From the NCBI GenBank assembly GCA_944358305.1, contig CALVQK010000001.1:163103-227102 (forward strand): a stretch of DNA of 64,000 nucleotides, given 5' to 3'. Every line of letters begins with the position of its first letter. Position 1 is the stretch's first letter. This stretch comes from an uncultured Bacilli bacterium (GTDB lineage Bacteria; Bacillota_I; Bacilli_A; RF39; UBA660). Shown here in pieces: positions 39,265 through 49,408 of this stretch. The notes under the pieces were generated by a model. It saw only the letters and a program-made list of their open reading frames with translations. It did not search any database and had not been told where the DNA came from. A program made the position numbers and the translations under genes.

Positions 39265-39932
39265 TGAAAATAAATAATAGATTAAAAACAATAGGGGATT
39301 TAGTTCCCCTTTCTTCATATCCCTTAGATATAGGGTGTGATCATGCTCTTTTGTCCATTTATTTAGTTAAAGAAAAAGGAATACAAAAAGTACTTGCTAG
39401 TGATAATAAAAGTGGCCCTTTAAAAAAAGCTAAAGAGAATGTAAATTTTTATAAAGTAAAAGATAAAATTAAATTAGTTGAAGCTGAAGGCTTAGATTCT
39501 TATGAAGAGGGAATAGATACTATTACTATTTCTGGTATGGGTGGTCTTAATATCAATAAAATATTAGATGATAATAAAAGATATTTAAAGAATATAAACA
39601 CTTTAATATTATCTCCTAATAACTATTCTATTGCTGTTAAAAGAAAATTAACTAAGTTAGGATACCATATAGATAATGAAGTCTTAGTTAAAGAAAATAA
39701 TATAATTTATGAGATATTAGTTTTTAAAAAAGGAAGAAAATACTATTCATATAAAAAATTATTTTTAGGGCCAGTTTTAATGACTAAGCAAGATAATCTT
39801 ACTAAAGAACATTATCAAAATCTTTTAGAAACTAAAAGATCACTCCTTAAAGCTCTACCTTTATCATTTTCTAATAAAATTAGAGTTACTAAAAAAGAAA
39901 TTAAATATTTAGAAGAAGTTATAAACATTTAA
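39264..39932 (+). CDS. trmK: tRNA (adenine22-N1)-methyltransferase TrmK (YqfN-like)
   Basis: SAM-MTase N-terminus (LDIGCDHA) and the conserved dnaG-sigA-trmK synteny. ATG overlaps the sigA stop (TAATG). Confidence 0.7.
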   Translation: MKINNRLKTIGDLVPLSSYPLDIGCDHALLSIYLVKEKGIQKVLASDNKSGPLKKAKENVNFYKVKDKIKLVEAEGLDSYEEGIDTITISGMGGLNINKILDDNKRYLKNINTLILSPNNYSIAVKRKLTKLGYHIDNEVLVKENNIIYEILVFKKGRKYYSYKKLFLGPVLMTKQDNLTKEHYQNLLETKRSLLKALPLSFSNKIRVTKKEIKYLEEVINI

Positions 39933-39944
39933 GGTATTACTAAA

Positions 39945-40313
39945 TTATTTAGTAGTATCTTTTTTATTAATCCCAATAACAGCACCTACACTAGTTGTTA
40001 AAAGAATTATAAAACTATAAATAAATGTCCTAATATCAAAAGAGCTATTAGTTATTAATTTTAATATTATCATAACAAGTAAAAATATTGCCCCTAATTT
40101 CAAACCCTCAACAATACCATATTTATTAGAACTTTTTCCTAAAAATAAAGCATTAATAAAAAGTACTCCTAATACTATAACCATTTTCATAATATTATAA
40201 ATATTGTTATTGATTACATCAAAATAATAAAGTGTATTTAGAATAAGCCCTAATATAATTATACTACCAAAAGTAATTAAAATAAATTTTCCTATTTTTT
40301 TTAAATAATTCAC
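39945..40313 (-). CDS. small hypothetical membrane protein (4 TM)
   Basis: A 122-aa hydrophobic ORF. Confidence 0.35.
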   Translation of the reverse strand: MNYLKKIGKFILITFGSIIILGLILNTLYYFDVINNNIYNIMKMVIVLGVLFINALFLGKSSNKYGIVEGLKLGAIFLLVMIILKLITNSSFDIRTFIYSFIILLTTSVGAVIGINKKDTTK

Positions 40314-40439
40314 TAAAGCATCACCTACTAAATGTTATGTAAATATATAAACTTATATTACAGTTTTATGTAATATGACAAAATATTAGTTTGTGTTTTT
40401 ATCTTTTTTGTTTTATAATTTAAAATAAGGAGGATCAAA

Positions 40440-42641
40440 ATGAGAGGTAGAAAAAAAGAAAAAAAGGGATTTACGTTAGTAGAGCTTTTAGCAACGATCA
40501 TAATATTAGGCCTATTAACAGCAATCGCTTATATAAGTGTAAGAAGCATTTTAGATAGAGGTAATGACAGTTATTATGTTTCTCAAGAAGATATGCTTGT
40601 TTTAGCAGGAAGAGAATATTATGCTGATCATAGAAGCGAATTACCTAAAGATGTAGGAGATACATCTAATGTAACATTAGAAACATTAATTGAACAAAAA
40701 TATATAGATCCTATTAAAGATAGAAATGAAAATGATTGTGATTTTGTTAATAGTAGTGTGACAGTCCAAAAAATAACAGAGACTGATTATCAATACTATG
40801 GTATTTTAACTTGTAGTGGTGACAATTATCAAACAGAAGAGGATGAAGCAAATCCAGTGATAAAATTTAATCCAAACAAAAAGTCTTCACAAAATTCTAT
40901 AAACGTTACTATGCAAGTTACAGATAATGTAGAAGTTGCCAGTGTTAGATATGTAATAACTAAAGATGGTGAAGCATATCAAGATAGTGGTTATCAAGTA
41001 TACAATGGAGATATTAATATAAGATTAACAGAATTAGGTTTATATGAAATAACAGGATATGCTATTGATACAAGTGGTAATATGACATCTAGAAGATCTG
41101 GTCAATACTCAATTTATAAAGGAGTAGATTGTAGTAATGTTAAATTTACTAGTAGTGATACCATTGCAAACGAAAATATAACTGTTAAAGTAAATGTTCC
41201 AGATAATACTTATAGATGGGAATTAAGTGAAAGAGTAGATGGTGGCTCATATCAATTAATGGAGTCTTATATAGGAAGCGAAGATCAAACTATAGAATTA
41301 TCTGATGAAGGAACTCATCAATTGAGAGCTGTAGTATATGATCAGTATGGTAACACCTGTACATCTACAAGTTCTTCATATACAATTGATAAAACTCCTC
41401 CAACTTTATCAGTAGTTTTAAAGAAAAAGTCAAGTAAAACAGACTTAGGAGAAACAGCTAATATTTCTTCCTTAGCAGATTATACAAATAATACTTGGTA
41501 TAGTGGTTATGTTGTCTTAAGAGGAAGTTGCTCTGACAATAGAGGAAGTTGTACGGTTTCTTATCAAGTTACAGGAGCTTCAACAAACACAGATGGTTAT
41601 GTAAATAAAACTACTCGTAATATTAACGCTGAAGGAACATCAACAGTAACATATAGAGTAACAGATACAGCAGGAAATGTTACAACAAGATCATATACTA
41701 TAAAACTAGATAGAACAGCTCCTTCGTGTCCAACCCTTACATCATCTATCGCTCAAAAGACTTGGACTAATCAAAATGTAAGCTTTACTTTTGACTTTGA
41801 TAATGATACCGACAAGTGGCAATGGTATACAGGTTCTGCTGGTAAATCTTGGACAGATTGGGGAGAAAAACCAATTAGCACTACATCAGTATCTATAAGT
41901 GGAGAAGGTAAAAGAACAATTAAAGTAGGTCTATATGACGAAGCAGGTAATTATAGGGAGTGCTTTGATGGTAACCAATATTATATTGATAAGACCAAAC
42001 CAGTATTAACATACTCTGTAACTCAATCATCAGATAGTTCAAAAGGAGTTTCAGGAAACAGTAAAGATGGTAATGTCTCAAAAAACTTCACTTCTCTTGG
42101 CAACGCTATAAGAAAATTCAGTGCTACAGATAGTGCAAGTGGCATTTCAACTTATCAGTACAACTCTGGCAGTGGTTGGAAGACGGAAACAAAGTATTCT
42201 AGCTATACTGTAAAATCAAATAATAACGCTAGCTACAGAGTTAGGGACAAAGCCGGTAATTATTCTAATACAGTAACTTTAAATATAACTATTCAGGATC
42301 CAGATCCAGACAAAAACTTCAAAGTAACTTGTAAACAAACTTGCCATGGGAATTGTAGTTTAAATGGTTGGAATAACGATACTATCTGGCGTTGGGATAT
42401 TTCAGGTGCAGGTAGTGGTGTTTCTAAAGCTAAACTTGATTATTCAACCGAATGGGTAGATCATTACTGGACAGCTGAAATGACTAAAACTGGTAAGCAA
42501 GTAGTAAGTAAGAGTGGTGGATATGCAGTATTTAATTTACCAACTAAGTTTGAATTTACTAGATCTTATGCCAAACTAAAAATAGTAGGAGATGTTTGGA
42601 CTGTAAATGGTAAGAAAAAAACGTGTACAATACAAGAATAA
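40440..42641 (+). CDS. large type IV pilin-like (prepilin-type N-terminal cleavage/methylation) protein with Ig-like repeats
   Basis: Class III signal peptide KKG|FTLVELLATIIILGLLTAIAY (G-F-T-L-x-E consensus). About 690 aa of repeated beta-rich (Ig-like) modules follow. Confidence 0.65.
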   Translation: MRGRKKEKKGFTLVELLATIIILGLLTAIAYISVRSILDRGNDSYYVSQEDMLVLAGREYYADHRSELPKDVGDTSNVTLETLIEQKYIDPIKDRNENDCDFVNSSVTVQKITETDYQYYGILTCSGDNYQTEEDEANPVIKFNPNKKSSQNSINVTMQVTDNVEVASVRYVITKDGEAYQDSGYQVYNGDINIRLTELGLYEITGYAIDTSGNMTSRRSGQYSIYKGVDCSNVKFTSSDTIANENITVKVNVPDNTYRWELSERVDGGSYQLMESYIGSEDQTIELSDEGTHQLRAVVYDQYGNTCTSTSSSYTIDKTPPTLSVVLKKKSSKTDLGETANISSLADYTNNTWYSGYVVLRGSCSDNRGSCTVSYQVTGASTNTDGYVNKTTRNINAEGTSTVTYRVTDTAGNVTTRSYTIKLDRTAPSCPTLTSSIAQKTWTNQNVSFTFDFDNDTDKWQWYTGSAGKSWTDWGEKPISTTSVSISGEGKRTIKVGLYDEAGNYRECFDGNQYYIDKTKPVLTYSVTQSSDSSKGVSGNSKDGNVSKNFTSLGNAIRKFSATDSASGISTYQYNSGSGWKTETKYSSYTVKSNNNASYRVRDKAGNYSNTVTLNITIQDPDPDKNFKVTCKQTCHGNCSLNGWNNDTIWRWDISGAGSGVSKAKLDYSTEWVDHYWTAEMTKTGKQVVSKSGGYAVFNLPTKFEFTRSYAKLKIVGDVWTVNGKKKTCTIQE

Positions 42642-42658
42642 TAAAGGAAGGTTATAAT

Positions 42659-43468
42659 ATGAAAAACAAATTAAAAATTGCTGTAGTAATCGCTATAATA
42701 GCTATTTTGTTAATTATTGGAGGAGTAGTTATTTACTTCTCCTCTAACTCTAATAACAGTGAAGAAAATAAACCAAACACCGAAAGAGCAACTCTTGAGG
42801 AAATGAGAAATTATGTAGAGACATTAAACAATACTATTATTCACGGAGGAAATGAAGATGTTTTAAAGAAAGTCTTACATACCACTGAAATTGATGAAAC
42901 ATCTATTATGACCGGTAAAGATGCTTATCTTTTAAAGACGCCTAGTGAAGAAATAATAGAGGAATATTCCTTGGGTCAATATGAAAACACCGCAAAAACA
43001 CTAGCTCAAAACCTAGAAACAAAAATAAAAGATAACTTTGAATATACAATTACCGATGTAGGTGAAACAGATGATTATACTTCTTTTCATATAACTTATA
43101 GAACATTCTATTATAATGCTTATATTAATGATTTACTTACAATTAGAAATGAACTTTTAACAAGAGAAGGATACGACTTAGATAATGTCGTAAATAATGC
43201 CCAATTTATAGCTGACTTATATAAAGCAAAAATAAAAGCTGCCTATCTATTAAACAATTATTTAGATAATTATGTTAATCAAAATGAAACAGCTAATACC
43301 GTTTTAAGTTTTACTAACAATAAAATTGAAGATAGTACCGATGAATTTCTATCTTATCTACATAATTTAAATGGTGAAAACTATACTAAAAGTCCTAATC
43401 TAACAACTGAAGAAGAAATAAATGCTTTTTTAAATAATTTTGATTTAACAGATCCGCTAGCTTTATAA
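42659..43468 (+). CDS. hypothetical N-anchored protein co-transcribed with the pilin-like gene
   Basis: RBS GGAAGG, then MKNKLKIAVVIAIIAILLIIGGVV TM anchor. No family recognised. Confidence 0.4.
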   Translation: MKNKLKIAVVIAIIAILLIIGGVVIYFSSNSNNSEENKPNTERATLEEMRNYVETLNNTIIHGGNEDVLKKVLHTTEIDETSIMTGKDAYLLKTPSEEIIEEYSLGQYENTAKTLAQNLETKIKDNFEYTITDVGETDDYTSFHITYRTFYYNAYINDLLTIRNELLTREGYDLDNVVNNAQFIADLYKAKIKAAYLLNNYLDNYVNQNETANTVLSFTNNKIEDSTDEFLSYLHNLNGENYTKSPNLTTEEEINAFLNNFDLTDPLAL

Positions 43469-43520
43469 AATAACATATGATAAAATAATAAACGTTAACG
43501 AAAGAAGTGATATTTACATT

Positions 43521-44564
43521 ATGAAAAAAATTATTTTAACTGGTGATAGACCCACTGGGAATCTACATTTAGGTCATTATGTAGGTTCCTTAAAAAACAG
43601 GGTAGAATTACAAGAAAAGGGCGATTACGATGAAATGTATGTTTTTATCGCTGATGCTCAAGCTCTAACAGATAATTTTAATAACCCTAAGAAGGTTAGA
43701 GATAATATTATAGAAGTAGCGATAGATTATTTATCTGTAGGAATAGATCCCTCTAAAGTAACTATCTTTATTCAGAGTATGATTTCACCACTTTGTGAAC
43801 TTACTATGTATTATATGAATTTAGTAACATTAGCGAGACTAGAGAGAAATCCTACTGTTAAAAGTGAAATAAAACAAAAAGAGTTTGGTAATAGTATTCC
43901 TGTAGGATTTTTAAACTATCCAATAAGTCAAACTGCAGATATAACTGCTTTTGAAGCTACAATTGTTCCCGTAGGAGATGACCAACTACCTATGATAGAA
44001 CAGGCAAGAGAAATAGTTAGAAGTTTTAATAATATTTATGGAGAAACATTAGTAGAACCAAAAGCTGTTATTCCTGATAATGAAGCTTGTAGAAGACTAC
44101 CAGGTACAGATGGTAAAGCTAAAATGAGTAAATCTATTGGCAATTGTATTTACTTAAAAGATGATAGCGAAACAGTTAAAAAGAAAGTTATGAGTATGTA
44201 TACAGATCCTAATCACTTAAAAGTAGAAGATCCTGGTAATACTAAAGATAATCCTGTATTTATCTATTTAGAAGCTCTATCAAAAGATGAACATTTTAAG
44301 AAGTATTTACCTGAATATAAAAATTTAGATGAATTAAAAGCTCATTATGAAAAAGGTGGCCTAGGCGATGTTAAAGTAAAGAGATTCTTATATGAAGTTA
44401 TAGAAGATACTCTAAGGCCTATAAGAGAAAAAAGAAAGTATTATGAAGAAAACATTGACCTTGTCTATAATATCCTAAAAGATGGTAGTAATAAAGCCTT
44501 AAAGAAAGCCAACGCTACTTTAAAAAAAGTAAAAAAAGCTATGTTAATAGATTATTTTGATTAA
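43521..44564 (+). CDS. trpS: tryptophan--tRNA ligase
   Basis: Class I HIGH-type motif (TGNLHLGH) and KMSKS. Confidence 0.9.
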   Translation: MKKIILTGDRPTGNLHLGHYVGSLKNRVELQEKGDYDEMYVFIADAQALTDNFNNPKKVRDNIIEVAIDYLSVGIDPSKVTIFIQSMISPLCELTMYYMNLVTLARLERNPTVKSEIKQKEFGNSIPVGFLNYPISQTADITAFEATIVPVGDDQLPMIEQAREIVRSFNNIYGETLVEPKAVIPDNEACRRLPGTDGKAKMSKSIGNCIYLKDDSETVKKKVMSMYTDPNHLKVEDPGNTKDNPVFIYLEALSKDEHFKKYLPEYKNLDELKAHYEKGGLGDVKVKRFLYEVIEDTLRPIREKRKYYEENIDLVYNILKDGSNKALKKANATLKKVKKAMLIDYFD

Positions 44565-44602
44565 TTATTAGTTTACACAGTTATTTGTAAATACCTTATC
44601 TT

Positions 44603-44630
44603 AATAGCACAAAATGTGCTATTATTTTTA
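44603..44630 (+). terminator. rho-independent terminator after trpS
   Basis: AATAGCACA-aaa-TGTGCTATT plus T-rich tail. Confidence 0.55.
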
Positions 44631-44729
44631 TATATAATAAAAGTGCGTCCAAGTAGGAATCTTTGGATGTAACGTCAAGAGAAAATAAAATAAATTTTAT
44701 TTCTTATATCTAAGGTAAGGTGTTGGTTT

Positions 44730-46334
44730 ATGAGATTTAATATCAAAGAATTTATGAAAGCAGATATATCTAAGTTTTATATTTTAATAGCAGGAACTAT
44801 TTGTCTATTAGTATTAGGAGGTTATTTTTCTTACGCTATGTTTACAGTATCAAAAGAACAAGATAATGCTGTAAGTATTATAACTGGTAATTTAGAATAT
44901 GATTTACAAGTAGATGGAGAAGAAGGTAATACTTTAACAGTACCTGCTAATTCAACGAATGACTTTATTGTTACTTTAAGTAATCCCAATAATAGAGAAG
45001 CAAGATTTAATTTCTATTATGAAGATACATTACCTGATGATGTAACAGTTGGTTATGTCCCTGCTAATGGTGTAAATGCTGTTGCAGAAGCCAAAGGTAT
45101 AAACTTATCATCTGATGGTTCAAGTGGTTCTAGTAATACCTATAGAATCCAAGTGAAAAATGATACAGATAGTGAAATAAAAGTTACCTTAGGAGCAGAA
45201 GTAGGATTAGATTATAATGATTTAACATTGCCAGAAAATACTCAAACAGTTGATGAAATAGAACTTTCTCCTGCTGCCAAGACAATTCTTTCTGCTAATG
45301 CGATACAGGATGATTCTAAAAATATGTTTAACTATGTAAACGATAATGCTTTATATGCTTCTATTAATGATGATAGTACAAACTCTACTCCTAATTCTGA
45401 GTCTACAGTAAGCGGGTTATATGCTATTGAAGATGATAATGGTATCAGTTATTATTTTAGGGGTAATGTAAATAATAATAATGTTCAGTTTGGCCAATAT
45501 GATAATGATTACTATATTTACCAAAGTGGTACTAATTATTATCAGAGTGAAGAAAGTTGCATAGAAGCTGGAAACAGCAACTGTACGAGTGTAAAATTAG
45601 CATCTAAGGGCGATAAAATGTACTGGAAGATAGTAAGAATAAATGGTGATGGAAGTTTAAGATTAATCTATAACGGAATAAGTCCGACTCCTAATGGTAG
45701 TGATTTAGCTAATTCTTATGCAATAGGTGTTGCTCCATACAATTTAACTAGTAATGATCCAAAATATACTGGCTATACCTACGATAATGGAACAAATAGT
45801 TTTATTAAAAGAGAAATAGATACATGGTATAATAATACATTAGGAATTAATACTAATTATGATAGTAAAGTTTTAAGCAATATATTTTGTAGTGATAGTA
45901 GTGGTTACAAGTTAGGAACAGATTATGGTCTAGATGATACTAACTATAATGTCTTTGCTAGTTTTAATAGATTAAGACAAGATTTAAGTAATTATTCTAA
46001 ACCAAATGCTCCAACATTAAAATGTCAAGGGACAGAAGAAACTTATGGTGGATCATATAATTTAAAAGCTGCTTTAATAACAATAGATGAACTAAATATA
46101 GCAGGACTTGGAAGCGAAGCGACTACTTATTTAAGTCAAGATAGTTCCCCACTATATTATTGGACTATGACACCTGCTGCTTTTAATAACAACAATGCAT
46201 TCACTTGGCTTGACAGTTTAGATAATGTTAATGTTACTAATAATTACGCTATACGTCCTGTTATTAATTTATCATTAGAAAATGCTTTTGCAAGTGGCAG
46301 TGGTACTACTGATGATCCTTATATTGTATCATAG
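44730..46334 (+). CDS. N-terminally anchored surface protein, paralogue with shared N-terminal module and one C-terminal RPxxNL..GxG..DPY module
   Basis: GGYFSYAMFTVSKEQDNAVSIITGNLEYDLQVDGEEGNTLTVP...ARFNFYYED aligns to the 9701/60656 N-terminal region. C-terminus AIRPVINLSLENAFASGSGTTDDPYIVS. Confidence 0.55.
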   Translation: MRFNIKEFMKADISKFYILIAGTICLLVLGGYFSYAMFTVSKEQDNAVSIITGNLEYDLQVDGEEGNTLTVPANSTNDFIVTLSNPNNREARFNFYYEDTLPDDVTVGYVPANGVNAVAEAKGINLSSDGSSGSSNTYRIQVKNDTDSEIKVTLGAEVGLDYNDLTLPENTQTVDEIELSPAAKTILSANAIQDDSKNMFNYVNDNALYASINDDSTNSTPNSESTVSGLYAIEDDNGISYYFRGNVNNNNVQFGQYDNDYYIYQSGTNYYQSEESCIEAGNSNCTSVKLASKGDKMYWKIVRINGDGSLRLIYNGISPTPNGSDLANSYAIGVAPYNLTSNDPKYTGYTYDNGTNSFIKREIDTWYNNTLGINTNYDSKVLSNIFCSDSSGYKLGTDYGLDDTNYNVFASFNRLRQDLSNYSKPNAPTLKCQGTEETYGGSYNLKAALITIDELNIAGLGSEATTYLSQDSSPLYYWTMTPAAFNNNNAFTWLDSLDNVNVTNNYAIRPVINLSLENAFASGSGTTDDPYIVS

Positions 46335-46358
46335 TAAAATTACTAAAATATTTTAATT

Positions 46359-46392
46359 AAGAATAATTGTAAAACAGTTATTCTTTTTTTAT
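46359..46392 (+). terminator. rho-independent terminator
   Basis: AAGAATAA-N11-TTATTCTT plus TTTTTTT. Confidence 0.5.
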
Positions 46393-46645
46393 TGATTTAT
46401 TTTATCTAATATGATACATTAAAATTAGATGGGAGACTTGTAAAAAAGATGGAAAAGGAAGGAGGAAGAAAAAAGTGAAAAAACTTGTAATTTTGAAAAT
46501 TGAATATACTTTTTAATGTCAATGTTTTAAATTGGTCTAATGAAATGAAAAAATTGATAGGTGTTTTTAAGATCAATTTACAAAATTCCCTTTTTGTTTT
46601 AGGGCTATAATTATGTTACAACTATTGCAGAAAGGAGTTATTGTA

Positions 46646-47602
46646 ATGAAAAAAAGAATGAAAAATATTCCTAAAGGCGTTAGTAATAAAGAAATTAGAG
46701 ATTATATGTTATCTAATAATTTCGTTTATGAAGCAACTTTTGATCCCGTGTTTAAATCAATAATGGGAAACTGTCCTAATTATTTAGCAGATTTAATATC
46801 TAATATAACAGGTATAGATAAAAACTTAATAAAAAAGACATTTAAAGAAAAGAATGTTGAGTATAAAGTAAGTAATGCTTTAGAAAGAAAGAAAACTTCA
46901 GATTTTATCTTTCAGTGTAGAGGCTATATCATTAATCTAGAATGTAATAATGAATACTGGGAAGGTCTAATAGAAAGAAATGAAGCTTACTTTTCTAAAA
47001 TAAAAGGAGAATTATTAAATAAGGGAGAACAATATAGTAAGAATATAAAAGTAATTCAAATAAACTTTGATAATTATAAGGAATATGAAAAAGCTTTAGG
47101 GAAAGAATTAATATCAGATTTTAAGATAAGAAATGGCATTGGTTTAATAGAAACAGAGTCTAGTATAAAATATCATATAAATTTATATAAAATAAAAGAG
47201 AAATATTATAAAGGAGAAGATTTAACGAGATTAGAAAAAGAGTTATTAATATTAACACTAGATGATTATAAAGAAATAATAAAAATAAGTGAAGGAGATG
47301 AAATACTAATGGAAGTAAGAGATAAATTATATGAACTAACAAATGATATAGATAATATAGGGCTTTATGATCCTGAGAAGAGGAGAAAAGAGGAAGAAGA
47401 GTTAAAGATAGAATACCATACTAAACTTGCTAGAGAAGAAGGAATTGAACAAGGAATAGAAAAAGGGATTGAACAAGGGATTAAACAAGGTACTAGTAAT
47501 GAAAAAAAATTTATTGCTAAAAATCTCTTAAAAGATGGATTGCCTATAGATAAAATATCTAAATATACTGGCCTTAGTGAAAAGCAGGTATCACTATTAT
47601 AG
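46646..47602 (+). CDS. Rpn/YhgA-like PD-(D/E)XK nuclease family transposase-like protein
   Basis: C-terminal repeated (E/K)GIEQG motifs and ...IAKNLLKDGLPIDKISKYTGLSEKQVSLL tail typical of this family. RBS AAAGGAG. Confidence 0.55.
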   Translation: MKKRMKNIPKGVSNKEIRDYMLSNNFVYEATFDPVFKSIMGNCPNYLADLISNITGIDKNLIKKTFKEKNVEYKVSNALERKKTSDFIFQCRGYIINLECNNEYWEGLIERNEAYFSKIKGELLNKGEQYSKNIKVIQINFDNYKEYEKALGKELISDFKIRNGIGLIETESSIKYHINLYKIKEKYYKGEDLTRLEKELLILTLDDYKEIIKISEGDEILMEVRDKLYELTNDIDNIGLYDPEKRRKEEEELKIEYHTKLAREEGIEQGIEKGIEQGIKQGTSNEKKFIAKNLLKDGLPIDKISKYTGLSEKQVSLL

Positions 47603-47945
47603 GAGATGAAAATTTAATGGAAGTAAGAGATAAATTATATGAACTAACAAATGATATAGATAATATCGGACTATATGATCCAGAGAAAAGGAGAAAAGAG
47701 GAAGAAGAGTTAAAGATAGAATACCATAGTAAGCTTGCTAGGGAAGAAGGAATAGAGAAAGGAATTAAAAGAGGTGCTAGTAATGAAAAGAAATCTATTG
47801 CTAAAAATCTTTTAGAGATAGGTATATCTAAAAAAGATGTAATGAAAGCGACAGGATTAAACGAGAAACAGTTATCACTATTATAGGAGATAAAAACTTA
47901 ATGGAAGTAAGAAATAAATTATATGAACTAACAAAACTAATTTGA
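47293..47945 (+). repeat. tandem direct repeat (about 284-309 bp, about 2.2 copies) duplicating the 3' end of the Rpn-like gene
   Basis: GGAGATGAAA(T/A)(A/T)TTAATGGAAGTAAGAGATAAATTATATGAACTAACAAATGATATAGATAAT recurs at 47293, 47602 and 47886 (third copy truncated). Confidence 0.85.
47617..47886 (+). pseudogene. in-frame fragment duplicating the C-terminal 89 aa of the Rpn-like protein
   Basis: MEVRDKLYELTNDIDNIGLYDPEKRRKEEEELKIEYH... is near-identical to residues of the upstream gene. A third 14-aa remnant lies at 47901-47945. Confidence 0.6.
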
Positions 47946-47971
47946 TTATATAATTGAAAACTGTAAATAAT

Positions 47972-47997
47972 AAAAAAGCGTCATTAAGACGCTTTTA
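47972..47997. terminator. bidirectional terminator between convergent genes
   Basis: AAAAGCGTC-attaa-GACGCTTTT. Confidence 0.6.
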
Positions 47998-48693
47998 ATA
48001 TACAAAAATAGATAAAATAATTAAAGCACTATTATGTATTGCATGCATTATAATAGATGGATAAATACTTTTTGTATCGTAATAAGTTAAAGCAAAGAAG
48101 AATCCTAAACTACCATACGGAATTATATATAAATATTCTAATATATTGCTACTACCAATTACATGTAGAAGACCAAATATTAGTCCAGAACTAAAAGCAT
48201 ATACCCATTTATTTTTAAATAATTTAGATACACCTTTTCTAAAGGTAAGTTCCTCTGCTATAGGAGCAAGTATGCCAGCTGTAAATAACATTAAATAAGG
48301 AGTAGAACTAACTAATGTCTGTACAGCTTCTTCATTACTAGAAGTATTTAAATTAGCAATAAAGCCAATTATTATATTAGATATACACATAATCATTAAT
48401 CCCACAAACCAGTATTTGAAAGCTGTATCCATATTTAATTTTATATTCTTTTTAAAAGTTTTAAACTCAGTTTTTAGCTCTTTAAAATATAAAATAATCA
48501 ATACAATTACTAATATCACATCCACAAATGTATTAGCAATTGCAAGGTCACTGGCTGTATAATTATTAACATCAATATTAAATAACATTATGGGTATTAT
48601 TTGTAAATAACTACTAAAGTAAAATATTAAAAATGTTAATAAACCTTTACAAATCTCTAAGATTCTTTCTTTTGTAAAAATATTTTTCATCAT
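47995..48693 (-). CDS. CPBP-family (CAAX protease / Abi) intramembrane metalloprotease
   Basis: Motifs EELTFRKG, FGLLHV and MHAIHNS in a 6-7 TM protein. Confidence 0.7.
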   Translation of the reverse strand: MMKNIFTKERILEICKGLLTFLIFYFSSYLQIIPIMLFNIDVNNYTASDLAIANTFVDVILVIVLIILYFKELKTEFKTFKKNIKLNMDTAFKYWFVGLMIMCISNIIIGFIANLNTSSNEEAVQTLVSSTPYLMLFTAGILAPIAEELTFRKGVSKLFKNKWVYAFSSGLIFGLLHVIGSSNILEYLYIIPYGSLGFFFALTYYDTKSIYPSIIMHAIHNSALIILSIFVY

Positions 48694-48799
48694 ATATCAC
48701 CTACTATATAATAATAGCACAAATCAATATAAAATAGTATTGTTTGATATAAATTTCTTTGTTATACTATAACTATAAAATAACGGAGATGATATAATA

Positions 48800-49396
48800 A
48801 TGGATACAAGAAAAGCCAAATTACAAGAAAAAGGATTAATTATAGAAAATGATAACAACTTATATAAAAGAGTTTTAACATTATATAAAGATGGATTTAA
48901 TGCTATTTTAAATGAAGTAGTAAATTTTTCTAATTTATCTAAAGCAATAGAAGAGTCAAAGTGCTTTTTTGCACCCTCTAAGACTTTTAAAGATTATGGT
49001 TATTTATCCACAACCTCGCCATATTTTTATTTTTTGAATACTTTTTATCTTGAAAATTTAAATGAAAATGATATAGAAATTTTAAAAAATAAAACTCAAC
49101 TAGATGAAGAAGTAGTTCAACTAGTTAAAAGAACTTTAAAAGATGTTATAAAAAAAGAAAAAGCTAAAAATATCACTTATTTTAATGCTACGCCAGAAAC
49201 AATTATAAGAAATGGAACATTAGTATTCGCTTTTGTATATGGAAAAAATAGTAAAGCCCTAAACGATGAAGAGTATCTTAACAATATAAAGGCACAAAAA
49301 AAATTTATTAATTTACTTAAAAATAATTTTGAAAGCGGTATAAGTTCAAGCTTCAACAATGTAGACTGTAAATTATTAAGTTATAAAATTTTATAA
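48800..49396 (+). CDS. hypothetical protein
   Basis: A 198-aa ORF. No family recognised. Confidence 0.4.
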   Translation: MDTRKAKLQEKGLIIENDNNLYKRVLTLYKDGFNAILNEVVNFSNLSKAIEESKCFFAPSKTFKDYGYLSTTSPYFYFLNTFYLENLNENDIEILKNKTQLDEEVVQLVKRTLKDVIKKEKAKNITYFNATPETIIRNGTLVFAFVYGKNSKALNDEEYLNNIKAQKKFINLLKNNFESGISSSFNNVDCKLLSYKIL

Positions 49397-49408
49397 GGAG
49401 GTTTTACT

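Noticed and set aside
40440-42641. Pilin-like protein as competence pseudopilin ComGC/ComGD
   Set aside because: At 733 aa with multiple Ig-like repeats it is far larger than ComG pseudopilins (~100-150 aa), and no comG operon genes are adjacent. I kept it as a generic large type IV pilin-like protein.
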